64,000 nt of DNA from Caldisericia bacterium (GTDB lineage Bacteria; Caldisericota; Caldisericia; JAAYUI01): assembly GCA_963674785.1 (NCBI GenBank), contig OY771555.1, positions 1,568,001 through 1,632,000 on the forward strand, given 5' to 3'. The notes below the pieces were generated by a model. The model searched no databases, was not told the origin of the DNA, and worked only from the letters and a program-made list of their open reading frames with translations. Positions within the stretch are counted from its first letter, which is position 1; each line of letters starts with the position of its first letter. Positions 39,530 to 48,495 of this stretch are shown piece after piece. The position numbers and the translations under genes are program-made.

Positions 39530-41760
39530 TGACAATTACTGAAAGTGTGGAGCTTGGGCGAAAATGCCATACAGCAAAGGTTGTTGTTGCCGGTCGAGAG
39601 ATTGAAATAAAGATCGGCAAAGTTGCCGATCAAGCGGGTGGAGCAGCACTTGTTCAGTGTGGCGGAACAGTTGTTTTGGCTACAGCTTGTGTTGCCGATC
39701 AGCCAAGAGAGGGAATCGACTTCTTCCCATTGGTAATCGATTACACAGAAAATATGTTTGCTGCGGGAAAAATCCCCGGTGGCTTTTTCAAGCGTGGCGG
39801 AAGACCAACCGATCAAGATATTCTCAGGGCGCGAATGATCGATAGACCTGTAAGACCCCTGTTTCCAAAAAGCTTTAAAAACGAGGTTCAGGTCATTGTC
39901 AGCGTTTTATCATCAGATGGCATTAATTCCCCCGATATACTTGGGATTATTGCAGCATCAACTGCTCTAACATTATCCCCTGCTCCATTTGATGGGCCTG
40001 TGGCTGCTGTCAGGATTGGGCTTAAAGATGGTGAATATATAATCAATCCTCCATCAAAAGAGCTTGATGATCTAGATCTTGACCTTGTTGTTGTCGGCAC
40101 AAAAGATGCGATCATGATGGTTGAAGCTGGTTCAAATGAAATCAGTGAAGAACAGCTTTTAACTGGCCTAAAAACAGCTTGGGATAGCTGGGGTGACGTG
40201 ATTGATGCCCAGATCGAACTTGGCAAGATTGCTGGCAAACAAAAACTTGAGGTTCCAGAACTTGAGATTAATGAAAAGCTTGAATCTTTTGTAAAAGAGG
40301 AACTTTTCAAGTCGGGTGATGAATATCTTTTTAATCCGAACAAAGCTCAACGTGAAGGAGCCCAAGAAGAATTCAAAGAAATTCTTTTTGAGAAAGTTGA
40401 AGCAGAGTTTTCAGAGGAAGAGCTCGAATTTTTCAGTTCCGCATTCGATCGATCTTTAAAAGAATTTGTTCGAGACAGGATTGTCAACAAGGGTGTTAGA
40501 CCTGATGGCAGAGCAACTGATGAGATTAGAAAGATTGATATCGAAGTTGGAATGCTCCCAAACGCACATGGATCAGGAATCTTTTTGAGAGGTCAAACTC
40601 AGGTTTTATCAATTGCTGTTCTTGGTTCAAAGAGTGAGGGACAGCTAGTTGAAAGCTTGTCAGCTGAAGAAGTCAAGCATTACATGCATTACTATAGATT
40701 CCCACCATTTAGCGTTGGTGAGGTTAGACCGATGAGGGGACCATCAAGAAGAGATATTGGACATGGAAGTCTTGCGGAAAGAGCTTTAGTCCCAATGATT
40801 CCTGATGAGGAAGAGTTCCCATATGCAATCCAGGTTTTCTCAAATGTTCTTGAAAGTAATGGATCCTCATCGATGGCTTCAGTTTGCGGTAGCTCCCTTG
40901 CTTTGATGGACGCTGGTGTTCCAATAAAGAAGCCTGTTGCAGGAATCGCAATGGGTTTGATTGCCAAAGATGATAATATCCAGATTCTCACAGACATTCA
41001 GGGTGTTGAGGATGCTCTTGGTGATATGGATTTCAAAGTGGCTGGAACAAAAGATGGTATCACTGGAATCCAGATGGACATCAAGCTCAAGGGTATCAAT
41101 ATGGAGATTATCACAAATGCTCTTGAACAAGCCAAAAAGGCAAGACTTTTTATTCTCGGTAAAATGAACGATTGTATCGATATGCCGAGAGCTGAACTTG
41201 CTGCAACTGCTCCAAGAGTTTTGGTTGTAAAGATTGATCCTGACAAAATCAGAGACATCATCGGTCAGGGTGGAAAAACAATCAAAAAGATCATTGAGGA
41301 TACCGAGTGTAAACTCGACGTTGAGCAGGATGGAAGTGTCTTTATAACCGCTCCAAATATGGAAGCCGGTCTCCATGCAAAACGTGTTGTTGAAGAGATA
41401 GTTGAGGATGTAAAAGAAGGAAAGACCTATCTCGGCAAAGTTACAAGCATCAGGGATTTCGGTGCATTTGTTGATATTGGAAAAGGTGGAAAAGAGGGGC
41501 TTCTTCATATCTCAGAGATCGCCAACTACAGAGTCGAAAAAGTAGAAGACGAGATTCAGATTGGTGAAGAGTTGATGGTCATGGTCAAGAAGGTCGATGA
41601 CCAGGGAAAAATTGCCCTTACAAGAAAAGGACTGATTGATTCATCTGGATCTGATTCTGGAAAAAAGAATTCAGATAACGGAAAACATCATAAGAATAAT
41701 AATAACTCAAGTAGGCCCAAAAGAAACAACCATAAAAAACCAAACAACAAGAGAGAGTAA
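39529..41760 (+). CDS. pnp: Polyribonucleotide nucleotidyltransferase
   Basis: DFFPL, GKIPGGFFKR, RRDIGHG, ESNGSSSMAS, GDMDFKVAGT, KH and S1 domains. Confidence 0.97.
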   Translation: MTITESVELGRKCHTAKVVVAGREIEIKIGKVADQAGGAALVQCGGTVVLATACVADQPREGIDFFPLVIDYTENMFAAGKIPGGFFKRGGRPTDQDILRARMIDRPVRPLFPKSFKNEVQVIVSVLSSDGINSPDILGIIAASTALTLSPAPFDGPVAAVRIGLKDGEYIINPPSKELDDLDLDLVVVGTKDAIMMVEAGSNEISEEQLLTGLKTAWDSWGDVIDAQIELGKIAGKQKLEVPELEINEKLESFVKEELFKSGDEYLFNPNKAQREGAQEEFKEILFEKVEAEFSEEELEFFSSAFDRSLKEFVRDRIVNKGVRPDGRATDEIRKIDIEVGMLPNAHGSGIFLRGQTQVLSIAVLGSKSEGQLVESLSAEEVKHYMHYYRFPPFSVGEVRPMRGPSRRDIGHGSLAERALVPMIPDEEEFPYAIQVFSNVLESNGSSSMASVCGSSLALMDAGVPIKKPVAGIAMGLIAKDDNIQILTDIQGVEDALGDMDFKVAGTKDGITGIQMDIKLKGINMEIITNALEQAKKARLFILGKMNDCIDMPRAELAATAPRVLVVKIDPDKIRDIIGQGGKTIKKIIEDTECKLDVEQDGSVFITAPNMEAGLHAKRVVEEIVEDVKEGKTYLGKVTSIRDFGAFVDIGKGGKEGLLHISEIANYRVEKVEDEIQIGEELMVMVKKVDDQGKIALTRKGLIDSSGSDSGKKNSDNGKHHKNNNNSSRPKRNNHKKPNNKRE

Positions 41761-42993
41761 GTGAGAGTAATAACACATTCTATCCCTGATTTTAGGTCAG
41801 TTGCATGTGGTGTGTTTTTGCCCATTGGGTCTGTTATTGAGGGTGATAAGGATGCCGGATTATCACATTTTCTGGAACATCTCGTTTTCAAGGGTAGCCC
41901 AAAATATGATGTTGATGCAATTTCGGATGCAATTGATTCAACAGGTGGTGAGGTAAATGCATATACTTCAACCGAACACACCTCATTTTACTTTAAGGTT
42001 CTGAAGTCTGATCTTGATAAGATTCTTGATATTTTGGTAGATATCGTTTTTTCACCAAAACTTCAGAAGGATGACATAGATAGGGAACGTGGAGTTGTTC
42101 TTTCTGAAATCGCTGCAATGCGTGATAATCCCGATGACCTCTCGAGTAATGGGATATTTAGTGCCTGCTGGGGTGACCATCCTGCAAGTAGACCCATACT
42201 TGGTTTGGAAGATGTGATTTCAAACATTACCCCATCTGAGATCAAGGAATTTCATAAAAAGAAATACCAGACTATGGATGCAGTGATTTCCTTTTGCGGT
42301 GGAGTTGAGGATGATGAGATTAGGTCTTTGCTTCAAAAGAAGGGCATAGAAGTTCAACCTGATAAAGTTGACTCCTCAGCTAACAGAGTCGACCCTCCAG
42401 AGTTCCTTACAAGGAAGTATTCAAAAGAATTTGATTCCGAGCAGATATACTTCACGTATGCTTGGAAAGGACCTGTCCTTGGAGGAGAAAATGTTGAAAA
42501 AACATTGGTTGCCAACTCAATTCTTTCAGGATCATACAGTTCAAGATTATTCAGGAGATTAAGAGAAAAAGAGGGTCTGGTTTACTCTGTTTCAGGTTTT
42601 ACAAATCTCCTAACCTTTGCTGGGTTAATTGGTGTACACGGCTCTGTTCCAAGGAATAAGTTTCAAAAAATGGATGAGGCTTTGAGAGAAGAGCTTTCTA
42701 GGTTTAGGACTGAAGGAATTTCTGAATCCGAACTTGTTAGGTCTAAAAGCATGATAAAAGGCTCAACGGCGATTTCCCTTGAGGGGAATATGGCTATGAT
42801 GCATAGGAATGGTAAACTGGGTTTGTTGCTTGGAGAAGTGCCATCAATAGATAAGTTGCTTGAGGATATTCAATCAATAGAGTTGCAGGATTTAAATGAT
42901 TATATCTTAAAAACCATTCCAGATGATTTGTCTGTTTCTGTTGTTGGAAAGGATGTCGAAAAAACAACTGGCATAACCCCAGAAAGCTTTTAA
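41761..42993 (+). CDS. M16 family zinc peptidase
   Basis: HFLEH (HxxEH), NAYT, SSRLF..LREKEGLVYSV; follows pnp. Confidence 0.9.
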   Translation: MRVITHSIPDFRSVACGVFLPIGSVIEGDKDAGLSHFLEHLVFKGSPKYDVDAISDAIDSTGGEVNAYTSTEHTSFYFKVLKSDLDKILDILVDIVFSPKLQKDDIDRERGVVLSEIAAMRDNPDDLSSNGIFSACWGDHPASRPILGLEDVISNITPSEIKEFHKKKYQTMDAVISFCGGVEDDEIRSLLQKKGIEVQPDKVDSSANRVDPPEFLTRKYSKEFDSEQIYFTYAWKGPVLGGENVEKTLVANSILSGSYSSRLFRRLREKEGLVYSVSGFTNLLTFAGLIGVHGSVPRNKFQKMDEALREELSRFRTEGISESELVRSKSMIKGSTAISLEGNMAMMHRNGKLGLLLGEVPSIDKLLEDIQSIELQDLNDYILKTIPDDLSVSVVGKDVEKTTGITPESF

Positions 42994-43011
42994 CAGAAAC
43001 CAGAGGTATAA

Positions 43012-43584
43012 ATGGATCAAACTGAATTGATTCTAAACGAGATAAAAAAACAGGTTTTGTCCTGTGATAAATGCACTTTGTGCGTAAATAGAATTAATGC
43101 TGTTCCCGGAGAAGGCTCTTGTAACGCTGCGATTATGTTCGTTGGAGAAGCCCCGGGAGCAAATGAAGATAAGCAAGGAAGACCCTTTATCGGGCAAGCC
43201 GGAAAACTGCTCGACAAACTTTTGGCGATGATTAGTTTGCAGCGTGAGGATGTATTCATTACGAACATTGCAAAATGCAGGCCTCCTCAAAATAGAGTTC
43301 CGGCCAAAGAAGAGATCGAAGCTTGCAGACCATATCTGATGGCTCAGATTTCTGCCATCAAGCCGAAGGTTATTGTTCCTTTGGGTTCTCCGTCGGTGAA
43401 AACTCTACTAGGAAGCTCTTTTACTATTGGTGGCGTTCACGGTAAGCTGCAAATAAAAGAAGGAATCAGATACCTGCCGATGTATCATCCTGCTGCCTAT
43501 CTTCACAAAAGGTCTCCAGACTTATTGGAGGCAATGAAAAATGATTTTAAGGAACTAAAAAAGCTTAGTTCACAGTTGGGATAA
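43012..43584 (+). CDS. Uracil-DNA glycosylase family 4 (Fe-S)
   Basis: CDKC, GEAPG, PFIGQAG, KCRPPQNR, YHPAA. Confidence 0.92.
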   Translation: MDQTELILNEIKKQVLSCDKCTLCVNRINAVPGEGSCNAAIMFVGEAPGANEDKQGRPFIGQAGKLLDKLLAMISLQREDVFITNIAKCRPPQNRVPAKEEIEACRPYLMAQISAIKPKVIVPLGSPSVKTLLGSSFTIGGVHGKLQIKEGIRYLPMYHPAAYLHKRSPDLLEAMKNDFKELKKLSSQLG

Positions 43585-43585
43585 T

Positions 43586-45247
43586 ATGAAGAATAAAAAA
43601 GATAATGGTGTCCTTATCACCTTACTCGGAGGGTTGGGTGAAATAGGCAAGAATATGACTGTTGTTGAATGGGAAGATAAAGCTGTAATTATTGATGCAG
43701 GTTTCAAATTTCCCGATGCTGATTTACCTGGAGTAGATAAGGTTATTCCAGATTTGAGTTATATTGAAAAAATCGCTTCAAAGATAAAAGCTGTTCTTTT
43801 GACTCATGGACATGCAGATCACATTGGTGCACTCAGATATGTTTTAGAAAAAGTAAAAGTACCAATTTATGGAACAAAATTGACCCTTGGTCTTGCGGAT
43901 GATGTTTTGCCGGGAAGTCTCAGACCACTTGAGTTTATGCAGATTGAGGCTGGAAAACACTACCAGATTGCAGGTATAAGGACTGAGTTTGTGAGGGTTA
44001 CACACTCAATACCTGAAGGAACTGCGATCGCATTGCATCTCCCTTCGGGAATTGTTCTGCATACTGGTGATTTTAAAATTGATTTGAAGCCTATTGATGG
44101 TAATCCTATGGATCTTCCTCGGTTTGGTGAACTTGGTTCAAAGGGTGTTTTATGTATGTTGGCTGACTCAACAAACGCCGATGAACCGGGATATACAGGT
44201 TCAGAATCAGAGGTTGGCAAAACGCTTGATAGGATTTTCAGGAAGGCCCCTGGTAGGATAATTGTTGCAACTTTCTCAACAAATATTCACAGACTTCAGC
44301 AAGTTGTTGATACAACCGAGATGATGGGCAGAAAACTGTTGCTTGATGGAAGAGGTATTATTGAAACCATAAAGGTTGCGTCAAGACTAGGATATTTCAA
44401 TATGCCACCGAAGCTGGTTATCAATCAGGATCAGCTCAAGTCATATAAACCAGAGGAATTGGTTATCATGACAACCGGTACACAAGGTGAGCCTATGTCT
44501 GGGTTAACAAAAATCGCCAATTCGACTCACAAATGTGTGCAGATCGCAAAAGACGATTATGTCTTAATCTCTGCTGATCCAATTCCTGGAAATGAGACTG
44601 TCGTTTCAAGAACTGTCTCGTCTTTGCTGAAGCTTGGCGCAACAGTCTTTTATAGAAGCCAAGATGGTGTCCATGTTTCGGGGCATGCTTCACAGGAAGA
44701 ACTTCGAATTATGCTTGGTCTTGTTAAACCGAAATATTTTATACCAGTGCATGGTGAATACAAACAGCAATGGTTTCACAGGCAGCTTGCTCAGGAAGTT
44801 GGTGTTGATGAAAAGAACATCTTCTTGTGCGAAAATGGTGATCAGGTCAAGTTGACAAAGACCTCTGGTAAGATCGAACGAAAAGTTTCAGCAAGCGCTG
44901 TTTACATTGATGGAAAATCAGTGGGTGACATCGGCACAGCGGTTCTTAAAGAAAGATCACGTCTCTCACGAGATGGGTTTATGACTATAAGCGTTGTAGT
45001 TTCTAACTTGAGCAAAGAGATTTTAGCCAAACCTGAGATAAACTCACTTGGCTTTATTTATATGAAGGAATCAACAGAAACCCTTGATGCTGCAATAAAA
45101 GCGGTTGAAAGATCCGTTATAGACTGGAAAGAAGCTGGGGAAACGATTCCAAAATTGAAAGCCAGAATCAAACAGAAGGTTGGTGAAGTGCTTCTTGACC
45201 AAACGAGAAGAAGACCTGTCATTATGCCGGTGGTTATTCAAGTATGA
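43586..45247 (+). CDS. rnj: Ribonuclease J
   Basis: GGLGEIGKN, THGHADHIG, HTGDFK, GTQGEP, HVSGHA, PVHGE. Confidence 0.95.
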   Translation: MKNKKDNGVLITLLGGLGEIGKNMTVVEWEDKAVIIDAGFKFPDADLPGVDKVIPDLSYIEKIASKIKAVLLTHGHADHIGALRYVLEKVKVPIYGTKLTLGLADDVLPGSLRPLEFMQIEAGKHYQIAGIRTEFVRVTHSIPEGTAIALHLPSGIVLHTGDFKIDLKPIDGNPMDLPRFGELGSKGVLCMLADSTNADEPGYTGSESEVGKTLDRIFRKAPGRIIVATFSTNIHRLQQVVDTTEMMGRKLLLDGRGIIETIKVASRLGYFNMPPKLVINQDQLKSYKPEELVIMTTGTQGEPMSGLTKIANSTHKCVQIAKDDYVLISADPIPGNETVVSRTVSSLLKLGATVFYRSQDGVHVSGHASQEELRIMLGLVKPKYFIPVHGEYKQQWFHRQLAQEVGVDEKNIFLCENGDQVKLTKTSGKIERKVSASAVYIDGKSVGDIGTAVLKERSRLSRDGFMTISVVVSNLSKEILAKPEINSLGFIYMKESTETLDAAIKAVERSVIDWKEAGETIPKLKARIKQKVGEVLLDQTRRRPVIMPVVIQV

Positions 45248-45762
45248 GAGAGATTGAAAAAAAACTCCTTCAAGAGGGATTGATTTTTGATTTTGTAAAA
45301 GGTAAATACAAGGATGATCGAATAATCACACGGGAATTTATTGAAACAAAGTTTTCGGCGGCTGTTGTTTTGCCAATATTTGAGGGAGATAAAATTGTTC
45401 TCGTAAAACAGTTCAGGGCACCAACTGGTGGGGATTTGCTTGAAGTCCCGGCAGGGAAAGTCGACCCCGGTGAAGAGCCAATCCATGCGGCCGTACGGGA
45501 GCTTCACGAGGAGACGGGAATGATTGCGGGGGAAATTAGTCCACTCGGTAAGGCATATGCTTCCCCTGGGATAAGCAGTGAACTTTACAATTTCTTTTTG
45601 GCAACAAACTTAACTCAAGCAGAGCCTGATCCAGATGAAGACGAGGATGTTGAAACAATTATCGTATCAATTGATGATTTTCAAAAAATGATTCTATCTG
45701 GTGAGATAGTCGACTCAAAAAGTATCGCAGCATTTGGACTCTGGAAAATTGCAGCTAAATAA
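45244..45762 (+). CDS. nudF: NUDIX hydrolase (ADP-ribose pyrophosphatase-like)
   Basis: PAGKVDPGEEPIHAAVRELHEETG Nudix box; SPG. Confidence 0.85.
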   Translation: MREIEKKLLQEGLIFDFVKGKYKDDRIITREFIETKFSAAVVLPIFEGDKIVLVKQFRAPTGGDLLEVPAGKVDPGEEPIHAAVRELHEETGMIAGEISPLGKAYASPGISSELYNFFLATNLTQAEPDPDEDEDVETIIVSIDDFQKMILSGEIVDSKSIAAFGLWKIAAK

Positions 45763-45802
45763 CTCGATATTGTAATTATCAAAACATCTATTAACCTCAG
45801 AG

Positions 45803-46375
45803 ATGATGAGAAGTAATTCTGAATTAGGAAACGTTTTTCGCAGTAAATCTGTGATCATGATCGTAAGAGGAGCAGCAATTGCTGCACTCTATGTAATTTT
45901 GACCCTACCGTTTGCTGTTTTTTCTTACGGCCCAATCCAATTGAGACTTGCTGAGATTTTAACAATCACACCATTTTTTTGGCCTGAGGCAATTCCAGGT
46001 CTTGCCATTGGATGTTTTATTGCAAATCTCAGTTCCCCGTTAGGTGTTGTTGATTGGATACTTGGAACTTTTGCAACACTTACTGCGGCAATTTTGACTT
46101 ACTATTTAAGAAAAACGAAGAGTCTATGGATTGCAGCCATACCACCGGTTATTGTAAATGCACTTATAATTGCCCTATATGTTCCATTTTTATTTGGAAT
46201 AAATCCTATACCGAAAGGGTTTGATGGATTTAGTTCAGTTGTTCAAGGTTTCAGTTTCCCCGTGTACCTGATGGCTGTTGGAACAATTGGTTTGGGGCAG
46301 ATAATCTCAGTCTATGGATTTGGAATCCTATTCGGTCTAGGGATAAAAAAAACAGGATTAACTGATGAAAAGTAG
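45803..46375 (+). CDS. queT: QueT-family queuosine-precursor transporter
   Basis: AAIAALYVILT, SYGPIQLRLAE, GLAIGCFIAN, PPVIVNA. Confidence 0.85.
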   Translation: MMRSNSELGNVFRSKSVIMIVRGAAIAALYVILTLPFAVFSYGPIQLRLAEILTITPFFWPEAIPGLAIGCFIANLSSPLGVVDWILGTFATLTAAILTYYLRKTKSLWIAAIPPVIVNALIIALYVPFLFGINPIPKGFDGFSSVVQGFSFPVYLMAVGTIGLGQIISVYGFGILFGLGIKKTGLTDEK

Positions 46376-47210
46376 ATTTAAGGTTGCTCTTGCTCAGTAT
46401 CAGCCAATATTTGGTAACATATCCGAAAATATCAAAAAACATATTGAATGGATAAGCTCAGCAAAAGAAAAAGGTGCAGATATTGTTGTGTTCCCTGAGC
46501 TTGCACTAAGCGGCTATACATTGAAAGATTTGGCATCTGAGCTTTCTTTAAGAAGGGATTCTGACGAGATCAGTGAGCTTGCAGATGCTTCAAAAGATAT
46601 TGCGGTAGTAACAAGTTTTCCACTCCTCGATGATGATTATGTATCATATATTGCGATGGGATTCTTTTATGATGGTAAACTCCAGCATACATACAAAAAA
46701 GTGCATCCCCCAACACATGGGATGTTTGAGGAATTGAAATACTTTGGTGAGGGTGATTCAATTGGTGCGGTTGATACTCCGTTTGGCCGAGTTGGAATGA
46801 TGATTTGCAGAGATATTTGGCATCCTGAGCATTCATATATTTTGTCTGTTGATGGTGCAAGTATTTTTGTTGTGAGTTCTGCTATCCCAGCCAGAAATCT
46901 TGGAAAAAATGGTTTTGGAATCGAAAACTCAATGGATAGGGCAGTATCAAGTATCGCATCTTCAAATCAGGCATGGGTTATTACGGTAAATAGGGTTGGA
47001 TTTGAGGACGGAATCACATTCCTCGGAAACTCATCAATTTGCTCTCCATCTGGAAGTATTATTAAAAAGCTCCCACTTCTTGATGAATCAATGGAGATTG
47101 TGGAGATCGATATGGATGAGCTGAGAAAATCCAGAGCAACATTGGATTTTGTGCGCGAGAGAAAAAATGACCTTATCTTGAAAGAGCTTAAAAGGATTAT
47201 GAAGAAATGA
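46365..47210 (+). CDS. Carbon-nitrogen hydrolase; probable glutaminase subunit of NAD synthetase
   Basis: FPELALSGY, YKK, ICRD (E-K-C triad), NRVGFEDG; overlaps nadE. Confidence 0.85.
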   Translation: MKSRFKVALAQYQPIFGNISENIKKHIEWISSAKEKGADIVVFPELALSGYTLKDLASELSLRRDSDEISELADASKDIAVVTSFPLLDDDYVSYIAMGFFYDGKLQHTYKKVHPPTHGMFEELKYFGEGDSIGAVDTPFGRVGMMICRDIWHPEHSYILSVDGASIFVVSSAIPARNLGKNGFGIENSMDRAVSSIASSNQAWVITVNRVGFEDGITFLGNSSICSPSGSIIKKLPLLDESMEIVEIDMDELRKSRATLDFVRERKNDLILKELKRIMKK

Positions 47211-48007
47211 TTGAACTCAATCTTGAGCTTGCAAAAAAAACGATATGTAATTTTATCAAGGAAGATATCCACAAATATGGATTAAAAGGTGGAGTTCTTG
47301 GATTGTCTGGTGGGCTTGATTCATCAATTGTCGCAGTTTTAGCCTCATCAGTCCTTGGTTCTGAAAATGTACTTGGATTAATCCTCCCCTATAGAAAGTC
47401 CAGTTCTGAGTCAAAAGAGCATGCATTGCTATTGGCCGACAAATTTGGAATAAGAACAAGAGAATTCGACATAAGTGAAATGGCAGATGGGTATCATGAG
47501 GAGATGAATAAAATCAGACTCGGTAATCTGCTGGCTAGACTTCGAATGTCGATTGTTTTTGATCAATCCCAAAAACATGGATACATGGTTTTGGGAACAT
47601 CAAACAAAACTGAATTTCTAATTGGTTATACAACATGGTATGGTGACAGTGCTGCTGGTATGTATCCAATTGGTGATTTGTATAAAACCCAGGTACGTGC
47701 GCTTGCAAAATACGTCGGCGTTCCAGATGAGATTATCTCAAAATCTCCATCAGCAGACCTCTGGCAGGGGCAAACTGATGAGGGTGAAATTGGAATAACA
47801 TATCAAAAAATGGACGAAATCCTTTTTCAGTTGTTTGATAGAAGAATGAGCAAAGAAGAGATAATCCAAAAAGGTTGTGACAGAGAAACGGTTGATAGGC
47901 TGTTACAAATGGTTAAGAGAACTCAGTTCAAAAGGATTATGCCACCGATATGCAAGCTCTCAGGGAGGACAATAGGATTGGACTTTGAATATATTCGGGA
48001 ATGGTAA
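47207..48007 (+). CDS. nadE: NAD+ synthetase (synthetase subunit)
   Basis: GLSGGLDS, GNLLARLRM, GTSNKTE, DLYKTQV, PSADLWQGQTDE. Confidence 0.95.
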   Translation: MIELNLELAKKTICNFIKEDIHKYGLKGGVLGLSGGLDSSIVAVLASSVLGSENVLGLILPYRKSSSESKEHALLLADKFGIRTREFDISEMADGYHEEMNKIRLGNLLARLRMSIVFDQSQKHGYMVLGTSNKTEFLIGYTTWYGDSAAGMYPIGDLYKTQVRALAKYVGVPDEIISKSPSADLWQGQTDEGEIGITYQKMDEILFQLFDRRMSKEEIIQKGCDRETVDRLLQMVKRTQFKRIMPPICKLSGRTIGLDFEYIREW

Positions 48008-48015
48008 TAGTCTGA

Positions 48016-48390
48016 CTAAGTAGTTAACTTGCCAAGTTCGGTGACCACTTGTCTCAATATCATCAGAACAAAACCGAGTTTTGCAGATGATTTTGCAAGA
48101 ACTGTCAACGCTCCAAGTTCACCAACGGATGATACTACAACGTAGCCCTTTTCACCTTTGATGTACACCTGTTTCAGATCACCCGATATAAGATCAGAAA
48201 TTACTCTTTCGCCCAAGGCATAGAGTGTTGCTGACATCGCAGAAACTGTGTCTTCTTCGATATTTGGGGGTATCACAGAATAAACAGGCAGACCATCTTC
48301 TGATACAAGGGCACACCCAATTATATCTGGATTAGATGCTGAAACCTGGTCAACGATTCTTCTGATCTCGGAAATTCGTGGCTGATTCAT
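48016..48390 (-). CDS. Roadblock/LC7 (MglB-like) domain protein
   Basis: ALVSEDGL, VSAMSA, GDLKQVYIKGEKGYV, AKLG. Confidence 0.85.
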   Translation of the reverse strand: MNQPRISEIRRIVDQVSASNPDIIGCALVSEDGLPVYSVIPPNIEEDTVSAMSATLYALGERVISDLISGDLKQVYIKGEKGYVVVSSVGELGALTVLAKSSAKLGFVLMILRQVVTELGKLTT

Positions 48391-48437
48391 AGTCGATACA
48401 TATAATATACAAACAAACTGATTAGTCAATTCTTACA

Positions 48438-48473
48438 TAAAAAAACACCCAGGTTATGCCTGGGTGTTTTTTA
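48438..48473. terminator. Rho-independent terminator (symmetrical) downstream of the stalk-domain gene
   Basis: AAAAAAACACCCAGG-TTATG-CCTGGGTGTTTTTT. Confidence 0.88.
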
Positions 48474-48495
48474 GGAAAAGAAAAAGATGAGCTGT

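Noticed and set aside
41640-41760. N/K-rich low-complexity tail of PNPase
   Set aside because: Disordered C-terminal tails are common in PNPase; not a DNA repeat array
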